A stretch of 64,000 nt of DNA, from positions 974,381-1,038,380 of the forward strand of contig NW_019091359.1 of the NCBI RefSeq assembly GCF_001949145.1, read 5' to 3'. Each line of letters starts with the position of its first letter. Within the stretch, counting starts at the first letter, position 1. Shown here one piece after another: positions 39,549 to 53,579 of the stretch. This DNA comes from Acanthaster planci (Eukaryota). Under the pieces are notes generated by a model, which did not search any database, had not been told where the DNA came from, and worked only from the letters and a program-made list of their open reading frames with translations. Both the position numbers and the translations under genes were made by a program.

Positions 39549-41718
39549 CTGAAAAAAAAAGGTATGCAGCCATCTTTAGTATAAAGAAAACCTTAAGTGC
39601 GCCATGTACATCACTCTTCAATTCTTGACAATTGTTGTCATTTATTAAGTTCTTCTTGTAAAAGTTATTTCTTTTTGTATATAGTGTTCTGATTTTTTTA
39701 AAGTGAACAGGGCCCTCGAGTCATTAACACAATTCCCCCAAGTTCAGAAGAACCTTTTTTCTCAAAAGTTGTGTTTATGATCTTCTTCAAGTGTTCAATG
39801 GAGTGTTTGCAAAGTAAGCCATCTTGGAGGGCATTTCTTTTGTGCATGAAAAATCAGTGACAATGAAAGTACAAAGTGTCTACTCATGCACACCATGCGC
39901 ATCGTGAATGCACTCTATGTGGTGGCATTACCACCCTATTCTGTCTGCACAAGCAGGTTTTTGGTTTTATTCTCTTATTTTCAATGACCTACAGTGTAAT
40001 ACCTCAGACGGTTATTCAAACCAGAAACACTTGTGACCCATCAGAAAGAGTCTGCTCATACTAACAACTTTCAAGGTTTTTCCCCTAAAATTGCAGCCTT
40101 AGCCACGAAGCGAACTCTGCACTTCCTACGCAGAGCCATTTTTAAAAAAATACTTCCGGAGCCGCGCTTGTAGTATGGTGAGGCAGCACACCTGACTAAT
40201 TCTGCGTACTGTCTTTTAGCACGCCCGGGTCAGCTTGGGAATTAACTGGAAATGAGCTGGAGTTGGCCAAGGTGCGTCAGTGACAAAGCAGTTTTTCTCT
40301 CAGACCACCCGCACACCCTCTACTAGTTACCCCTTCCTGTTCAAATTCACTCCCTTAAAAAAAAAAATAGCCAAATCACGGCAGTATTATCCAACCAATT
40401 TGTAATATTTCTTAGCCTGCCAATAACCCCGCTTCCTGTGATGGTAATGCAATCTTTTCCCATCTCTATTGTATTAAACGCAATGACATTTTACCTTCTG
40501 GGTGGATTATGGTGGCCCGCAGCCATAATACTGGCCGCAATTTCACCCTAAATAGTTAATTGGGCACTTAAAAAGGTTTTAAGTGTATGGCGTGAAACAT
40601 GTACACTGGATTTTGTGCATTTATATTTTTAATGGAATTGACATATACATATATTGTGTATAAATCTAATGGAATTCTTAAACATGAACAAATATGACAA
40701 ATCTTCAGTGTTGAAACTTTTGCGAGAGTTCTTCCATGTAAATGTCATATACTGTAATGCAAATAAATTGGGTCCAGTTGTTAACATTCTACTGTTTGAA
40801 ACTTACCAAACAGTATTGAGTGGGTATAAAGCAAGGGATAAGTGTAAGCGTAATACAAACTCTGTAATGCCTTTCTAGTCATGTATCAGGCTCCTTCAGG
40901 CATGCAACTTGGACAAAAAATGAGGAAATTCCAATCTTCACCTGACTTTGTACAGCGTTTTTCAATTTTCAATGGTACGAGTATGAGTGAAAAACAAGGA
41001 AATCAGCTGATCCGAGGAAAAGTGCAAGCCTGAGGTTCTTGGATCCATCCCCCCCCAAATATTTTTGTTTTCTGACTCCATTTCCAGGGTTCTCCAAATG
41101 TACAAACTTGCGTGTTGGCCTGATACACGCAATTCTTTTCCCAATCGTAGCTGATACGTAAAAAAGTGCCCGATAAACAATAAACCCTTGTGCATGCCAA
41201 ACAATGGCTACATGCGTTGCTGGCATGCACCGCGATTTATCCATTACCAACACAGAACGAGGGTTCCCCTCATTTTCTCTGTTTTCTGAGAATGATGCAA
41301 TCTGCGTTCAGAATTTGCATCTTGGCATGAACAGAAACAAACCTTTTTAAGCTTGTTATAGTTGAGCTCTGAAGACAAATGACACTTCGCTTGATTAGGA
41401 TGCTTCAATATTTATTTGAACAGATAAAATCAGAGAAAACACGTTTTTGTTAGAGGTGCCCTTTAAAATGTTTTTCCCTCAATTCTGTACTACGAACATG
41501 TTTATAAATTGTGTCATTTCTCCATCACTCGTGACAAGCACAGGAAATACCCTAAAATGCACAAGACGGCATCAAAAGTTAAAAAGTTTAAGGGGTTCTT
41601 AAGCTGGCCCTGAACCCCAGGCCATGGCTCCGCAATTTGTCAGAGGACAAAGATAGAAATCCCCCCCCCACTTTTGAAAAATCCTGGGGAGACCCCTGAT
41701 TCCTGTACGTTGACTTAC

Positions 41719-41837
41719 GTTGAATAGAGCGTGAAATTCTGGACTGGCCAGCACATTCTGCAGGAACATGAGGTCATCTTGCCGCCCGCAGAACCCGTCT
41801 CCTAGTTCCGTCAGGGAACCCAATAATCTAAGCAGTG
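41719..41837 (-). CDS. MPP7: MPP7-like coding exon 2 (L27N)
   Basis: ttttag/gtaagt. (A)LLRLLGSLTELGDGFCGRQDDLMFLQNVLASPEFHALFN. Confidence 0.9.
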
Positions 41838-41923
41838 CTAAAAGGAACCAACAGACAAATGAAATCACTGTAAACCCCGTTTCACTGACACAAACATTAA
41901 CATTGGGTGCCATCCTAGAGGTC

Positions 41924-42048
41924 GGTGAACCCATTTATTCCTGGGTGGAAAGTGACTTGCCCAAGGTCATAACATGTAACCAACTAACAGGATTCGAAAC
42001 CTCCCCCCCGACCCCATGATCAGAAGCTACAGACCCTAACTTGGCCAC
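41924..42048 (-). mobile_element. tRNA-derived SINE remnant with CORE-like segment
   Basis: A-box-like TGGCCAAGTTAGG and B-box-like GGTTTCGAATCC, followed by tgaccttgggcaagtcactt...cacccaggaataaatgggt. Confidence 0.65.
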
Positions 42049-42765
42049 TTGTCTCCCAGAATAAAACCAAAACAAATGGAACCGGACAGCCAGGATATAT
42101 CTGGTACCCCACTTCCTTTCATAGCTGTCATTCATTCATTCATAGCTCTGACTTGGCACCTGTCTTGGTATCTTACAGCATAACCTACGTTGTGTTTCTG
42201 TCATCCCTTGATCCGGGTGGATCTGGCTTAATCCAGAGGTGACCCACACCCAATTACAACTCCATGTACTCTAACCAGAGAAATGTCACTGGCGGATATT
42301 ACCTTAAGTAGAACCGTCAAAGAAAAGGTTCGAAACCCAGATTCCTGGGCAAAATCAGAATACGAGTCAAAAGCAGAAAATGACCCCAAAAAATATACCG
42401 GTATGTATACGTACCGGTACATATACATGTACCTTGCCAAAGAAACTGTAGCGGCATCTTCAATGGGTCTAATTAGCACAAAACCCCAAAAACTGTTTTT
42501 AACTGACATTTTCCATAAGAACATGACACAAAATACATTTATAAATTCTGCACCACTCATTTTTCAGAGACTGTTGTGAGGAAAGAGAAACTAAAGGAAC
42601 AGATTTGCACATTAAAACTTTAAAAAAACTGTTTAAATTTTCAATCCAAATTCTTGAATTTCCCCCAAAACAAATTCGAACTTTTAGTTTTAATGAGATC
42701 TTCAATTTTTATCCATTTAAAATGTAGATGGAATTTCAGGCTATTCATGGTGAAAGACAGCAATA

Positions 42766-42975
42766 GGTGGAAAGGCTTGCGGTAGCACCATGTGAAGGAA
42801 TATATCTCTTATGAGTATGTGTGGTTCTGAAAAGAACCGGGAGTATATTCAGTCTCCTGACGACGGACTGAGCACGTAGTCCGAAACGTTGAGTATACTC
42901 CCGGATCTTTTCAGAACCACACATACTCATAAGAGATGTACTCCTTTGCATGGTGCTACCGCGAGCCTTTCCACC
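42766..42975. mobile_element. Penelope-like element remnant: 86-bp inverted repeat enclosing a hammerhead motif
   Basis: Arms 42766-42851 and 42890-42975 are near-perfect reverse complements. The loop carries the hammerhead core. Confidence 0.7.
42854..42893 (+). ncRNA. minimal type I hammerhead ribozyme motif
   Basis: CTC-CTGACGA-C-GGACT-gagcacgt-AGTCC-GAAA-CGTT-GAG, with palindromic AACGTT helix III and a GUU triplet. Confidence 0.65.
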
Positions 42976-43624
42976 CATTTAAATGTATAAACTTAAGTTT
43001 TATACGGATATATTTTATGCCTTTACTAAAAAGATGTCTTTTCATTGATTACAGTGCTCAAAGACCAAGACGAATGGTTTTGAGTTTCTTAAAGGAAGTA
43101 CATATCAGCTGCACCAAAACCAATCAAGGCAACATACAGTATTCTAATGACAATTTTTCTCTAAGGTCTTTTTTTTTTTTTTACAATTATTTCTTGTTTG
43201 GCAAATGTCATAAGCAACATGAAGTGGCTCTAGATATCTCCTGCTTTTTCTTCCAAGTTCATTTCGATCATGAATATAACTACCGTTACAAAGATTCTGA
43301 ACAACACAACGGCATCTGACATTTCCCTGCCAAGTACGTGTACACGTAGAATAAATCGTTCAAATAGAAGTGCTTATTATTCTGAGTTGATGAGGAGCTC
43401 CACTCATGATTCAGAATTTTTCAATACTTTTACATCATTGCGTATCAACTTGTTATTCATAATGGGTGGTTTGTTAAAAAACTGTATACACTTCAGCTGT
43501 GCAGGTTACATATTCCGCTACAAGTACACCAATCTCTCACACATACAGTATGTTTGTAACTTTGTCAGAACGGTGAAATATTTCTATATGTCTTAACAGT
43601 GCAACTGGACTTCATTTAACTTAC

Positions 43625-43679
43625 CAGGATCATTGGAATTCATGTTGTTGGCTGGAACTGGCATGTTGTCGTTTCTCAT
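43625..43679 (-). CDS. MPP7: MPP7-like first coding exon (exon spans ~43625-43699)
   Basis: Acceptor ccattag and an in-frame TAG upstream. Reads MRNDNMPVPANNMNSNDP+G, then gtaagt. Phase 1 matches exon 2. The second ATG at 43664 is an alternative start. Confidence 0.75.
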
Positions 43680-46600
43680 TGAAAGACACTATCACAAGGC
43701 TAATGGAAAAGGAAAAAAAAACAGACAATGAAAAATACAGGAAGATTGAAAGGATTAAGATATGAAAACTATTCACTTATGAATGCGTACGTATTTGGAA
43801 CACTGCCATTTTTACAAGGCAAACAAAGAGAATTGACGACGCACTTAACTTAGCCTTTACTCTTGGCAAATACTTGTATACAACACTGGTACCAGTAGCT
43901 TGAAATCTTTCTGGTCCCATCAAAATATTCCACTGCTCAGAAATCAAATGGCACCTTTTCCTACATACGTGTACAATATACACTGTACAGCAGTAGCGGT
44001 TGGGCTGAACGGTCATGTATCCATTAAAATCAAACAGCGCCTTTTTGTAGACTTGGCTGGATGAGGAAAATTGAAATCCTACTAAAGCAAAGCAGCAACT
44101 GCACGTACTGCACAATGTATTCATGAGTAAAACATGATCAATCCTCTATGAAGTAAAACAAGACAAAACCTGCAAGTACATGTTCCTGTACACTGGAGCC
44201 AGTGCATCTTCACGTACATGCACACTGTACATGTACAGAGTGCATTGTACTGTACGTGTAAAATGTACAATCCTACTGAGTAAGCAACATCATGACAACC
44301 ACTTACACAGATTTCCTACAATACAGTGCATCTGCACATGGAAGACGACTGTACAGCATACATCCAAGTCCTCACTATTCAAATTAGAGTCTATGTTCTA
44401 AGTGTACACTAACACATACAATACTGGCATTCAATGTATGCAAGACCAGAGAAATGGAAAGAAATAAAAGCACACTGTACCGGTACTAAGTAATACACAA
44501 ACTTACTTCAAAGGAGCAGTTACATGTACATGTATTTCGTTCTACACTCCTTCAGCACCAGTACATCCAAAAATAAGAAAAGTATGCAAAACTCTCTTTA
44601 CTCCCAAAGCCCAAATGAGTAAGCTCCCGTCTCCCCAATGTATTTATACACCTAATTTCTATCTTCATGGCTGTATTACCATTCCAGGGTCTCATTTGTT
44701 AAAAAAAAAAGAAGTTATCATCAGCCAATCCTCGGTCAGGGGGTCACATGCTACCCTCCATCAGTTCCCCCCTTGGCCATTAGGCATGTTTCCTGAAACA
44801 ACAGTGAGAAAGGAATTAGCCCTAATCCCCTCCAATCATACAAGTCAGTCAGCGGTGATGCATGGAAGGGCCAGATAACATCAGCCGTGCGAGGCGTCAG
44901 GCCGATCCCCTGGGTCTCCCCGTCTCTCGTTCCGAGGAAAAGAGGGGAAGAGAGACGGGGACGGAGGGAGAGGGGGGGGTTCAAAGACTCGGCCAATGTT
45001 ACAAATTAGGCTCTCGTCACTTGACAAATTTTCTTCGATGAGATAATATGTCGGACATTGGAGACTTGGACATGGAGAAAGCGCAAGCCTCTGTACGCAA
45101 GCAGATGAAGAACATGATGAAGACCAGGGAGGATTTACCGCTAGTTCCATCCTGTTAGCTTGCTTCATTTGTATCTCAGGCAAACATTTGGGCACCAATT
45201 TCCCAGCCGTACAAGACTTCGCAAGGTTTTTTTCAATTTTTAAAAGGATCGCATGGAACGTAAAAACAAGGAAATCATCTTATCTGAGGAAAACTGGCAT
45301 TCCTGATAAGCATTCCTGATAACTTTATTTTTTCCAAATATTAATAAACGTGACCATCTACAAACAAGATTCTAAAATGAGGCTTTTCCTTAGCTGCTCT
45401 TTGATCCAAACATACACGTACATGTATGACCAAAAGGCTTCAAAATTGGCTGATCTTTGCCTTGAAAAAAAAATTAAGCACCTATGTACTCAAATGCTCA
45501 GTAACATATACGTGTACGTGCTCCATTATATAATGTACACTGTATTGGGGCTACATACATGTACATGTACACACACATTAATACTTACATGTATCTCTAA
45601 ATGTTTGTTTACCATAAGGGAATATTTTGAAAATGCTGACAAACATCACGAAGTTTGTGAATATTTGAAAAATTAACAAACCGTTTTGACCACTTTCTTC
45701 AATGTTAGCAATATTGAATCTCATTTCACAATCCACTAAATTTCTGCAAACAAAACAACTTACAATACCTACGTGTACTGTAGGTGTTATTTGCCTATCA
45801 TGAAAAGAAGCTTTAATTTGAAAATTGAAAAATGACACTATTCAGGTCAAAAGTACGACTAGTACATCTGTGGGTTATGATAAAACAATTAAACAGATGT
45901 TCCACTGCAGGCTTTGCGAGACGGTGTTAGGGCGAGAGGGTGTTAGGGCGTGAGTAACGCAACGTACGGTTCATCTCTGTTAATACTGAATACAGACATC
46001 TGTCATCAGCCACGTCAACCGTGTTTTTTGCCAAGTTTGTTGGGGTTTTTTTTCTGACGCAAATTATCCATGAGTCATATCTGCAAGCCCCCACGACAAG
46101 AGGGAATTCTTTGAAAAGGGCCAGATTTTGACAGATCTGAGTCTGACGGGATTGCATGAATCACACATATCAAAGAAAGTTTCCATTGTGCAGACAACTA
46201 AATCTAATTTACAGGAGGAAATCCATCTTAAATGAGCCGATTCCATTAATCCTTTGAACCATGAAAGAAAGAAAAAACAAAAGCCAAACGAGGATTTCCC
46301 TTGCTAGCTCCCTTCAATTCCTGAGCCCTTTGACTTACCAGTAAATCATTCACTTTTACCCACTGAACTCTTTGGGAGCATTCAAGCATTCGAAACTGTC
46401 CTAAGCGGTGACCACTCAATTTGTCATCCCCGAGCCTACATTTACTTGTCAGATTCATTTACCCCAAAGAAAATACTCAATTTGGACCGACTGGGGTGGA
46501 TGCGTGAAGGTGAAGATTGTGGGCATTGGACACTGCTGATAAATTTTGATCGAGTGCCCTTGGGCACACCTGAACGTGCGCATGTTAAAGGAACAGTGAC

Positions 46601-48049
46601 AAGATTTGCTTTTCAGCTTTTTATCCTGCATCAAAGAGAGAGTTCCTGTAAAACTGCCACCAGCCAGCCCCACAACTGTGGTATTCTGATGGACACAGTA
46701 GTGGTATCTGCAGCCCAGCCGATTTGAAGTACTGAAAGATTGCCACTGGTTTTAATATTGCACAGTACCGGTATTTTGGTACATGTAGTTTTCTATTTAT
46801 ACATATGTACTGGGAGGGGGGTTACTTCCTAAAGACAAGGAGACACCATTACTGCGAGGGCACCGTGTTCCTTTAATTTGCACTTTGACAAAGGGAGTTA
46901 TGTTCAAAGCCTAAAAACTCAGTCCACTACCTGGACTGTTTACGAGCTGTGTTCCTGATTGGCCTGCATGTGGCAACAATGCACCAATACGGGACATGCC
47001 TGTATCCACTGATAGAAGGCATTCACATAGAGAATCCAGATCCTGAACACAGTCTAGTCCATTTGCTCAAGTACCCCAAAAAATGTTGAGAAAACTTTGT
47101 TCCACTCACACACTGCCGGGTCTGGGCCGTGTGGTTCACACACGTGTAGCACTGCCACCACGGGTGTATCGCGCGTACGAGAGCACTTCCACACACTGAC
47201 ATGTGCTCACAGTGGTGCCAAGCGTATTATCCATGTTCAGCTACCGGTAATTAACCCTTGACGTTCAGCGTCCACAAGAGCACTTGTTCTGGACCTCACA
47301 TTTGTTGGAGTCTTGAGATGGGCTACACATAATGCAAGTGTACACGTGGGCGGGGGACACACAATAAAAAGCGGCCAGAATCTGGACTAGCCCCAAATAA
47401 GAGATGGAACCACAGTCAAGGATTCAGATATGGCTACAGCTAACGGTAAATGGCGGGAGGTTGCATAGGGGTCATGGATGAGGAGTGTGTTTCAGTTAGG
47501 ATCGCGGTTACATGCAAGCTGAGGGATTCGCGGGTCTGGCTTTGGAAGATGGTGATCATGAAGTAGACATCTGGCACTGGTGGTAGTAACAAATAATCAG
47601 CACCAGACTGCAATCAAGTTAAACAACTGCAAGTGGTTGATCCATACATGTGGTTAAACCTTCTCACTCTCTGGGATCTGATGCATCAAACTCTTCCCTG
47701 CTGGCACCTCCACCCAAAGTCGATGCAAAATTTCAACACAAAGGCAAACTGCACCACAGTACATGATTTACTTTACCATGGAGAACAGAGGAAAGGAAAC
47801 AAAGGATGTGTCCCCTGACTGTCCTAAATGATCAGTCTTTTGTAATTGGTAGAATGTGCTATACATGTACCTGTGTTACATCTACATGTACACGCATATG
47901 ATACAATGTAGATGTACATGTACATGCAGGCCTCTCAAATGACATGACTTCCTACAGATTGCAATGTGCATTGGCATTTTAGGCTTCACATTTTCGTGAC
48001 GCGCGTTGGCTGTTCTGAAAAAGGTAATGTATTTCGGAGACATTTGGGT

Positions 48050-48273
48050 CAATGCTGTAGTTGAGACCATCACAAGATGCCAGAAGACCATCACAAGACC
48101 ACCACAAGATGCCAGAAGACCATCACAAGACCATCACAAGACCAACGTGCCTGAATTCGAGTCACAAGCTATTCAAAGTAACTCCCACAAAAGCATTCCC
48201 TCAGTCATTGTTCACTCTCTTACTTGTGTCTGGTCTTGAGAAAGGTCTTGTGATGGTCTTGACTACAACACTG
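48050..48273. mobile_element. hAT-like MITE with internal tandem repeats
   Basis: TIRs caatgctgtagttgagaccatcacaag / cttgtgatggtcttgactacaacactg, with tandem gaccatcacaa / gatgccagaa units. Confidence 0.65.
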
Positions 48274-48460
48274 ACAAAGATCAATACACGCCAGTGTACG
48301 GAACATTTGCACACAAGTGTTGTTCATGTAGTTATACATTGTAATTTTCTTACAAAGATGATGTCCTATGAGAGATATCCATTACAGAGTAGGAAGCATG
48401 TACCGGTACCTTGTCCCTCGTGGCATAGCAAAAACAGCTCAATGTTTTTGACTCCTTGTA

Positions 48461-48590
48461 AAAAAAAACACAACAAACAAACAAACCACCCCAACAAACA
48501 ATCAAACCCCCCCAACACCCAAACAAACAAACAAACAAACAAACAACCCAAAAAACTAACAAACAACCCAACACCCCAACCAAACTACCA
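48461..48590. repeat. (CAAA)n-like low-complexity tract
   Basis: Degenerate aaac/aaccc repeats. Confidence 0.85.
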
Positions 48591-50696
48591 ATACAAACCG
48601 GTGATTACATATGTACTGGGGTACATGTTTGCCAAGCAGATTGGTTTTGTACAACTGCTGGTACACTAGACCGACAGTCCGATCATTGCCGACTCCTCAC
48701 AGTCCAAGCAGCAGAACTTTCATGCATGTACGTGTACTGGAATGTGTACCTCAAAGATTTTGTCCTAACTCACTCCGGACACTCAATGATCACTACTTGT
48801 AATTAGCAAATGCAACACCCTTCCGTTAACTGTGAACTTACATCTTACATGCACGCAGGTGGTAGCACACACACAAGCAATCAACGATACACCTGAGACA
48901 CAAAAGGCTCCTACAGACGCCACACATTTATTTCCTTTCCTCCGGTGGTAAGTGGACTACAGGCCCCCTGGCTCTGTATGAGTGTGCACGTTTTAAACAA
49001 AGTGTGATGTCACCAACATATCGTACATGTACGTGTAGAACTGTTCATTTATTTGGAACCAAACTATTTCGAGAAGAAAACTCTTTCCTCCTGCCCCATC
49101 ACTCACCATGGCCATTCTTTCCGTCATTAGCCCTTCACATGATATTTCAATGTGCAAACAGAGACTGGAGGGATACTGGACTTGTGGGTTAGACGCATCA
49201 AAGGTCAAGCAAAACATTCCCCTAAAACAACCAATCCTGGCCAGGCACCTCATTCTGGGGGTGCAAGATGAATTTTTTTCTTTTGATATTAAAGGGAAAT
49301 GCTGGTATACATGTACATGCAAAACCTGCCATCTAAAAAGGAGACAAGTATTTCAAAGTACAACCTGTACATGTAATTACGACAGACAAGGGGAACGTGT
49401 CCAGCACACTGTGCAGTACATGTACATGTACGTCAAGGTACATGTAATGTTTGCGTTTAATTCCAGGGCTGGATGTACATGTATCTGTTCCCTCACATGC
49501 AAGCATTTATGATACAACATGGCAACATGAACTCTACAGAGCACCAGGCACATTTCACCTACACATGCACATGACTGTGAAAATATACGAAAGTGAGTTT
49601 AGGAACTGAATCTACTGCGCATACAGATACACGTATACATGTACATGTACATACCCCCCGTACGTGTACTCTTCGTCACCTCAAATATCAAACAAAGTAC
49701 AGGAATACTGGTCCAGGACCCAATGGCGAAGCACCGATGGTTTGACAGCTTTTCAGACATGGCAAAAATTCTTATAAAATATACATCCAGATTTGAGTTA
49801 CGTCAGATGTGAAAATCTCGCGTACTGGTACTGTACATGTTTAAGGCAGTGTTTTGACTTCAAATGTGAAAAAGTTTCTAAGCTTGTTAAATTAAAGGGG
49901 ATTAAATAAGAGTCACACAATTTTTAGGAAAGTACCTGAACTTCAAAGTGGTCTTGAAAGGTCTTAGTGAAAAATTTATGGTTTAAAAGTAAATGTTAAT
50001 ATTAAGTCGAACGTTTACTTAAAATCGATTGACTCATTCTGTCTCTGAAAACTTTAAAAAGTTAATATGAAGAACTGAGGTCTTAAAAGGTCCGAACTAC
50101 ATGTATGACACTGCCAAGAATGGGCTGCTCTATTTGTGCATCATTTGTATGGCTCTAATGTCTGTTGCCTAATGAAACAGCAATGCCGAGTTGTTGTCAA
50201 AATCTAAATGATACCTTGAGAGAAACAAGTTTTGTCAAAATAACTGATAAGATGATTTTTGCTTCCTACAGCTGTCATATTTCTTGGGAAGACTGTCGTG
50301 AGTTTGCATTCTGGAGCGTGTAATTCAATTGAGCAATTCGGTGTGCAGTAAAAGAAGTCGTCCTCCAACTGGCAGGCATGTGACAGTAATCCATCGCTGG
50401 ACGTTCATTAAACGTAATCAGGAAGACTCTGGGGACTTGTCTAATTAAGACATCCCTCGGACGGGGAGGGGGAGGAGTTGGCTGTCCTGTTATCTGGCAA
50501 TAATAATATACCGTGACAAGGATTGCTGGGAGTTATGTCATAAGCATTAGCCGTGTTAACAGACATTACCAGTGCTCTCTGCTGTTGGATCGTTGGAACA
50601 TACCCCCTGTTTTAGCAACTCAGGTTAATTGATTGCTATACAAGTGGTTAAAACTTGGAAACTTCATTTTCAAAGAACATGTTTATAATTTTCATG

Positions 50697-50818
50697 AACC
50701 CTAACAGTCCTCAGTCCTCCAACAGGAGAAGGATTGAGGACTGTTAGGGTTAACCCTAACGGTCCCAAATCCTCCAATTTCATTACGATTTTACATACAT
50801 CCTAGGGGGGTTAGGGTT
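50697..50818. repeat. tandem hairpins bounded by telomere-like AACCCTAAC/GTTAGGGTT
   Basis: aaccctaacagtcctcagtcct / aggattgaggactgttagggtt (50697-50751), then a second degenerate unit. Confidence 0.65.
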
Positions 50819-53579
50819 AAGCTATTCGTACAATTTGGATTTAATTTGAATTTTGAAATCCTCTTGTTCAGTAGAAGCATCGTACCCTTCCAAGCACACT
50901 GTAAACTCTGCCTAGTCACAGTTGATACACATGCAGCATTACTGCATAATTTACAAAATCAATCAAGTTATCAGTGGAAAGTGAAATGTGTGCAGTTGAA
51001 CCAGGACATTTCAAGATTAGACCTTGCAACATACATGCAGATTTTACAAAAAAACAATTAACATTTAAAACAAAATCATATTGTGAACAAGTACTGTTAA
51101 CCACTTGCTGCCGGGTCGATTTTTTTTTAAGCAAAATAAGATGCTGGGTCCTTTTCAAGATTTTCCGTTTTCAAACTTCAAAAATTCATCATTTCATTTA
51201 ATGGCCCTTTATACCCACATGAAGGACTCCTTGGCACTACCCTAAAGCTGACAGGTAAATTCAGTGACTCCTAAATATTTCAGCCAGGCCTGCAGCCTTG
51301 GAAAAAGAGCCCAGATTGTGCGGTGTAACGTAATATTCTTTTGTTCCCGAAACCGGCACAGTGCACTGCTGACCTCTTTTCAATAGGGGCCAGATTAGCG
51401 TGCAGCGGTGCTGTGTGGCTCATTGCTACGATGGTGGAGAGCTTTTGTCCCCGGTGGTAATGCGCTTGCTCTAAATGCCTAAAACCGTGGTACATGTATA
51501 CTGATTCAAAACAAGGCTGGATTATCTCCAATATTGAGAGCGAAAAAAATGTTGGTAATGCCCAGCAGCTCAGTCTATTGTGCTGAGCACGGTCTTCTGT
51601 TATAAGGCCAAACTCTTTTGTCCCAGTTCCGGGCTCCCCAGTTCTGCATATAAAGCCTATGTACTCGAAAACGGGTTGCCCGGCAGGAAGAGGATAATTG
51701 CAATTCAATGTTTAATAAACTACTACCAGTCAGAAAACGTTTACAAGAACTTTCTTCACAACTCATAACTGAAAAAAAAAAAATCAAAAGAAAATCACTG
51801 ACTATACATTGTGTCAGTACTTGTACACGTACATGTAGGTGTTCATATTTTTTGGCTTTTTGGGGGGCCTTTGTCAAGCAGAGCACAGCAGCAAAGTTCC
51901 TTTGAAGAAATTTGCAAATTAACAAGAACGACGCAGTATACAATACTGCCATGGTTACCAATTTTTGGACACACAGGATTAGTGTACCGGTACATGTACA
52001 TGTAAATGTAGTGTGAGCATTCCTTTGCTTTTGTGTAGTTAAGAAGGAAAAAAAGCAGGCAAACTCACTTTATGCTGTGCATGTACTTGTACCGTAATTA
52101 GCACTTGAGACAGATATATGTATAAGTAACCTGACCCACATACATGTACATATACATGTACTCCGCTAAAACTGTACAATGCTTCAGGGAAAGGGAAACC
52201 ATGTGTGGATCTGGGGAAGGCCATGTAGAGGGCCTGCTTGCTTCACATGGATCTAGATCACAATCACTGATCTGTTGTTGATTCACTGACACCAAAACCT
52301 GCCTAAGTGATTGAGATCACTGATCTGGATTTAGATCTCAAACAGGCCAAGAGTCTTCACTACCTGCACAGCATGGACATCTTCCGTCCCCCACATCTAC
52401 AGGGAACACGTCACGCTTTTAGTATAGGCTTTGGTTGATGAGGAACTAGTGAAGTCAATAGGCATGGTCTACTGTTTGCCCTAAATAAGCACTCACAAGA
52501 CAACGGTCCTCACATGAATGTTGTGCCGTGATGTGCAAGCCTCAAGGGAAGGAGTATGCTGCTACCGGTATGCAGGAGAGGTCACTGACCCCCCAGGTGG
52601 AAATCCATGTTACCCACTCAGCTCAACGAGCCCTGACAAGCTCCATCCTTCCTATAGCCCCATCCCCAAAACAGGAAAGTGGTGAGCTTGCCTGGCCTAG
52701 ACGCGGGGATTACTGAACGTTTCATAAACAAACTGACGGTAGGACAGCACGTCCATGCGCATGTACATATTGTACAAGGAATACCGAATCTGCATTAACG
52801 GTGCAGGGTCTCAAAAGAGACCTGGGCTGCACCGACACAATATGAAGGGGATGTTGATCGACTGTAACAGATAATCCTCAAGGCAATACGTGTATGTCCC
52901 TGGAGGCAGTATCCGGGGGGAGGGGGGAGGGAGAAAGAGGGGAAGGGGAGAGAAGGACTCTTGACATGGGCTTAACAACTACATGTACATCAATGATATA
53001 TGCTTGTGTTTGCTCCCCAAAGACTAATGCACCTGTCCATTGTTCCCCCACTGTGGCCCCACCCCTCCCCTCCCTGCTTTATCCTAACCTAGAGACGGAG
53101 GATCAACAAAGACTTTCAGGGTGACCGAAGCACCGAGACACCACTGCCCATTGTATTTGCTCGTAAGGACCTGGCATCCCTGGCTCGCAGGACCTTGACG
53201 AAGAGACTAAAGAAACAGCACAGAGCGTGAAGCGATATGGACGGCAACAATGACCATGTCTCCTGATGCACTACAAAGGCAGATTTCCCAGGTACTAAAG
53301 GTTACTATCACCAGAATATTTAAACATACAAAAATCAACATCAGCATCATGAAGTTAAAGTGTGGGATCCCTACAGTACTTTAATTTTTTTTCTTAAAGC
53401 TGATGTTTATGTTGGATTCTTCATGAAAGTACACAACTACAATGTATCATACTACATAAAGTCATATTTTCAAAGGCAGGTTCTTTTGTTTCACACGTAG
53501 GGTAACAGTAATGCACATGTATCTTAACTTTATTCTACTAATGAGTGGTACATGAGGTACCTGTACTTCTCATGTACCA

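Larger units (their letters stand above)
11932..43679 (-). other. MPP7: MAGUK p55 subfamily gene (MPP7-like), 15 coding exons, 586 aa
   Basis: The joined exons give an open 1761-nt CDS with L27N, L27C, PDZ, SH3, HOOK and GK domains. The short N-terminus and motifs (VKVVRLVKGNEPLGATIK, GPPGVGRNELKRR, EPQWIPSAW) fit the MPP3/4/7 clade. Confidence 0.85.

Noticed and set aside
41924..42048. Functional tRNA gene
   Set aside because: A/B boxes are degenerate, no cloverleaf is evident, and it is followed by a SINE core-like tail.
11932..43679. PALS1/MPP5, CASK or DLG assignment
   Set aside because: No long PALS1 N-terminal extension, no CaMK domain and only one PDZ. A phylogeny would settle the subfamily.
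48061..48669. Longest ORF in the track (202 aa)
   Set aside because: Produced by MITE tandem repeats and a (CAAA)n tract.
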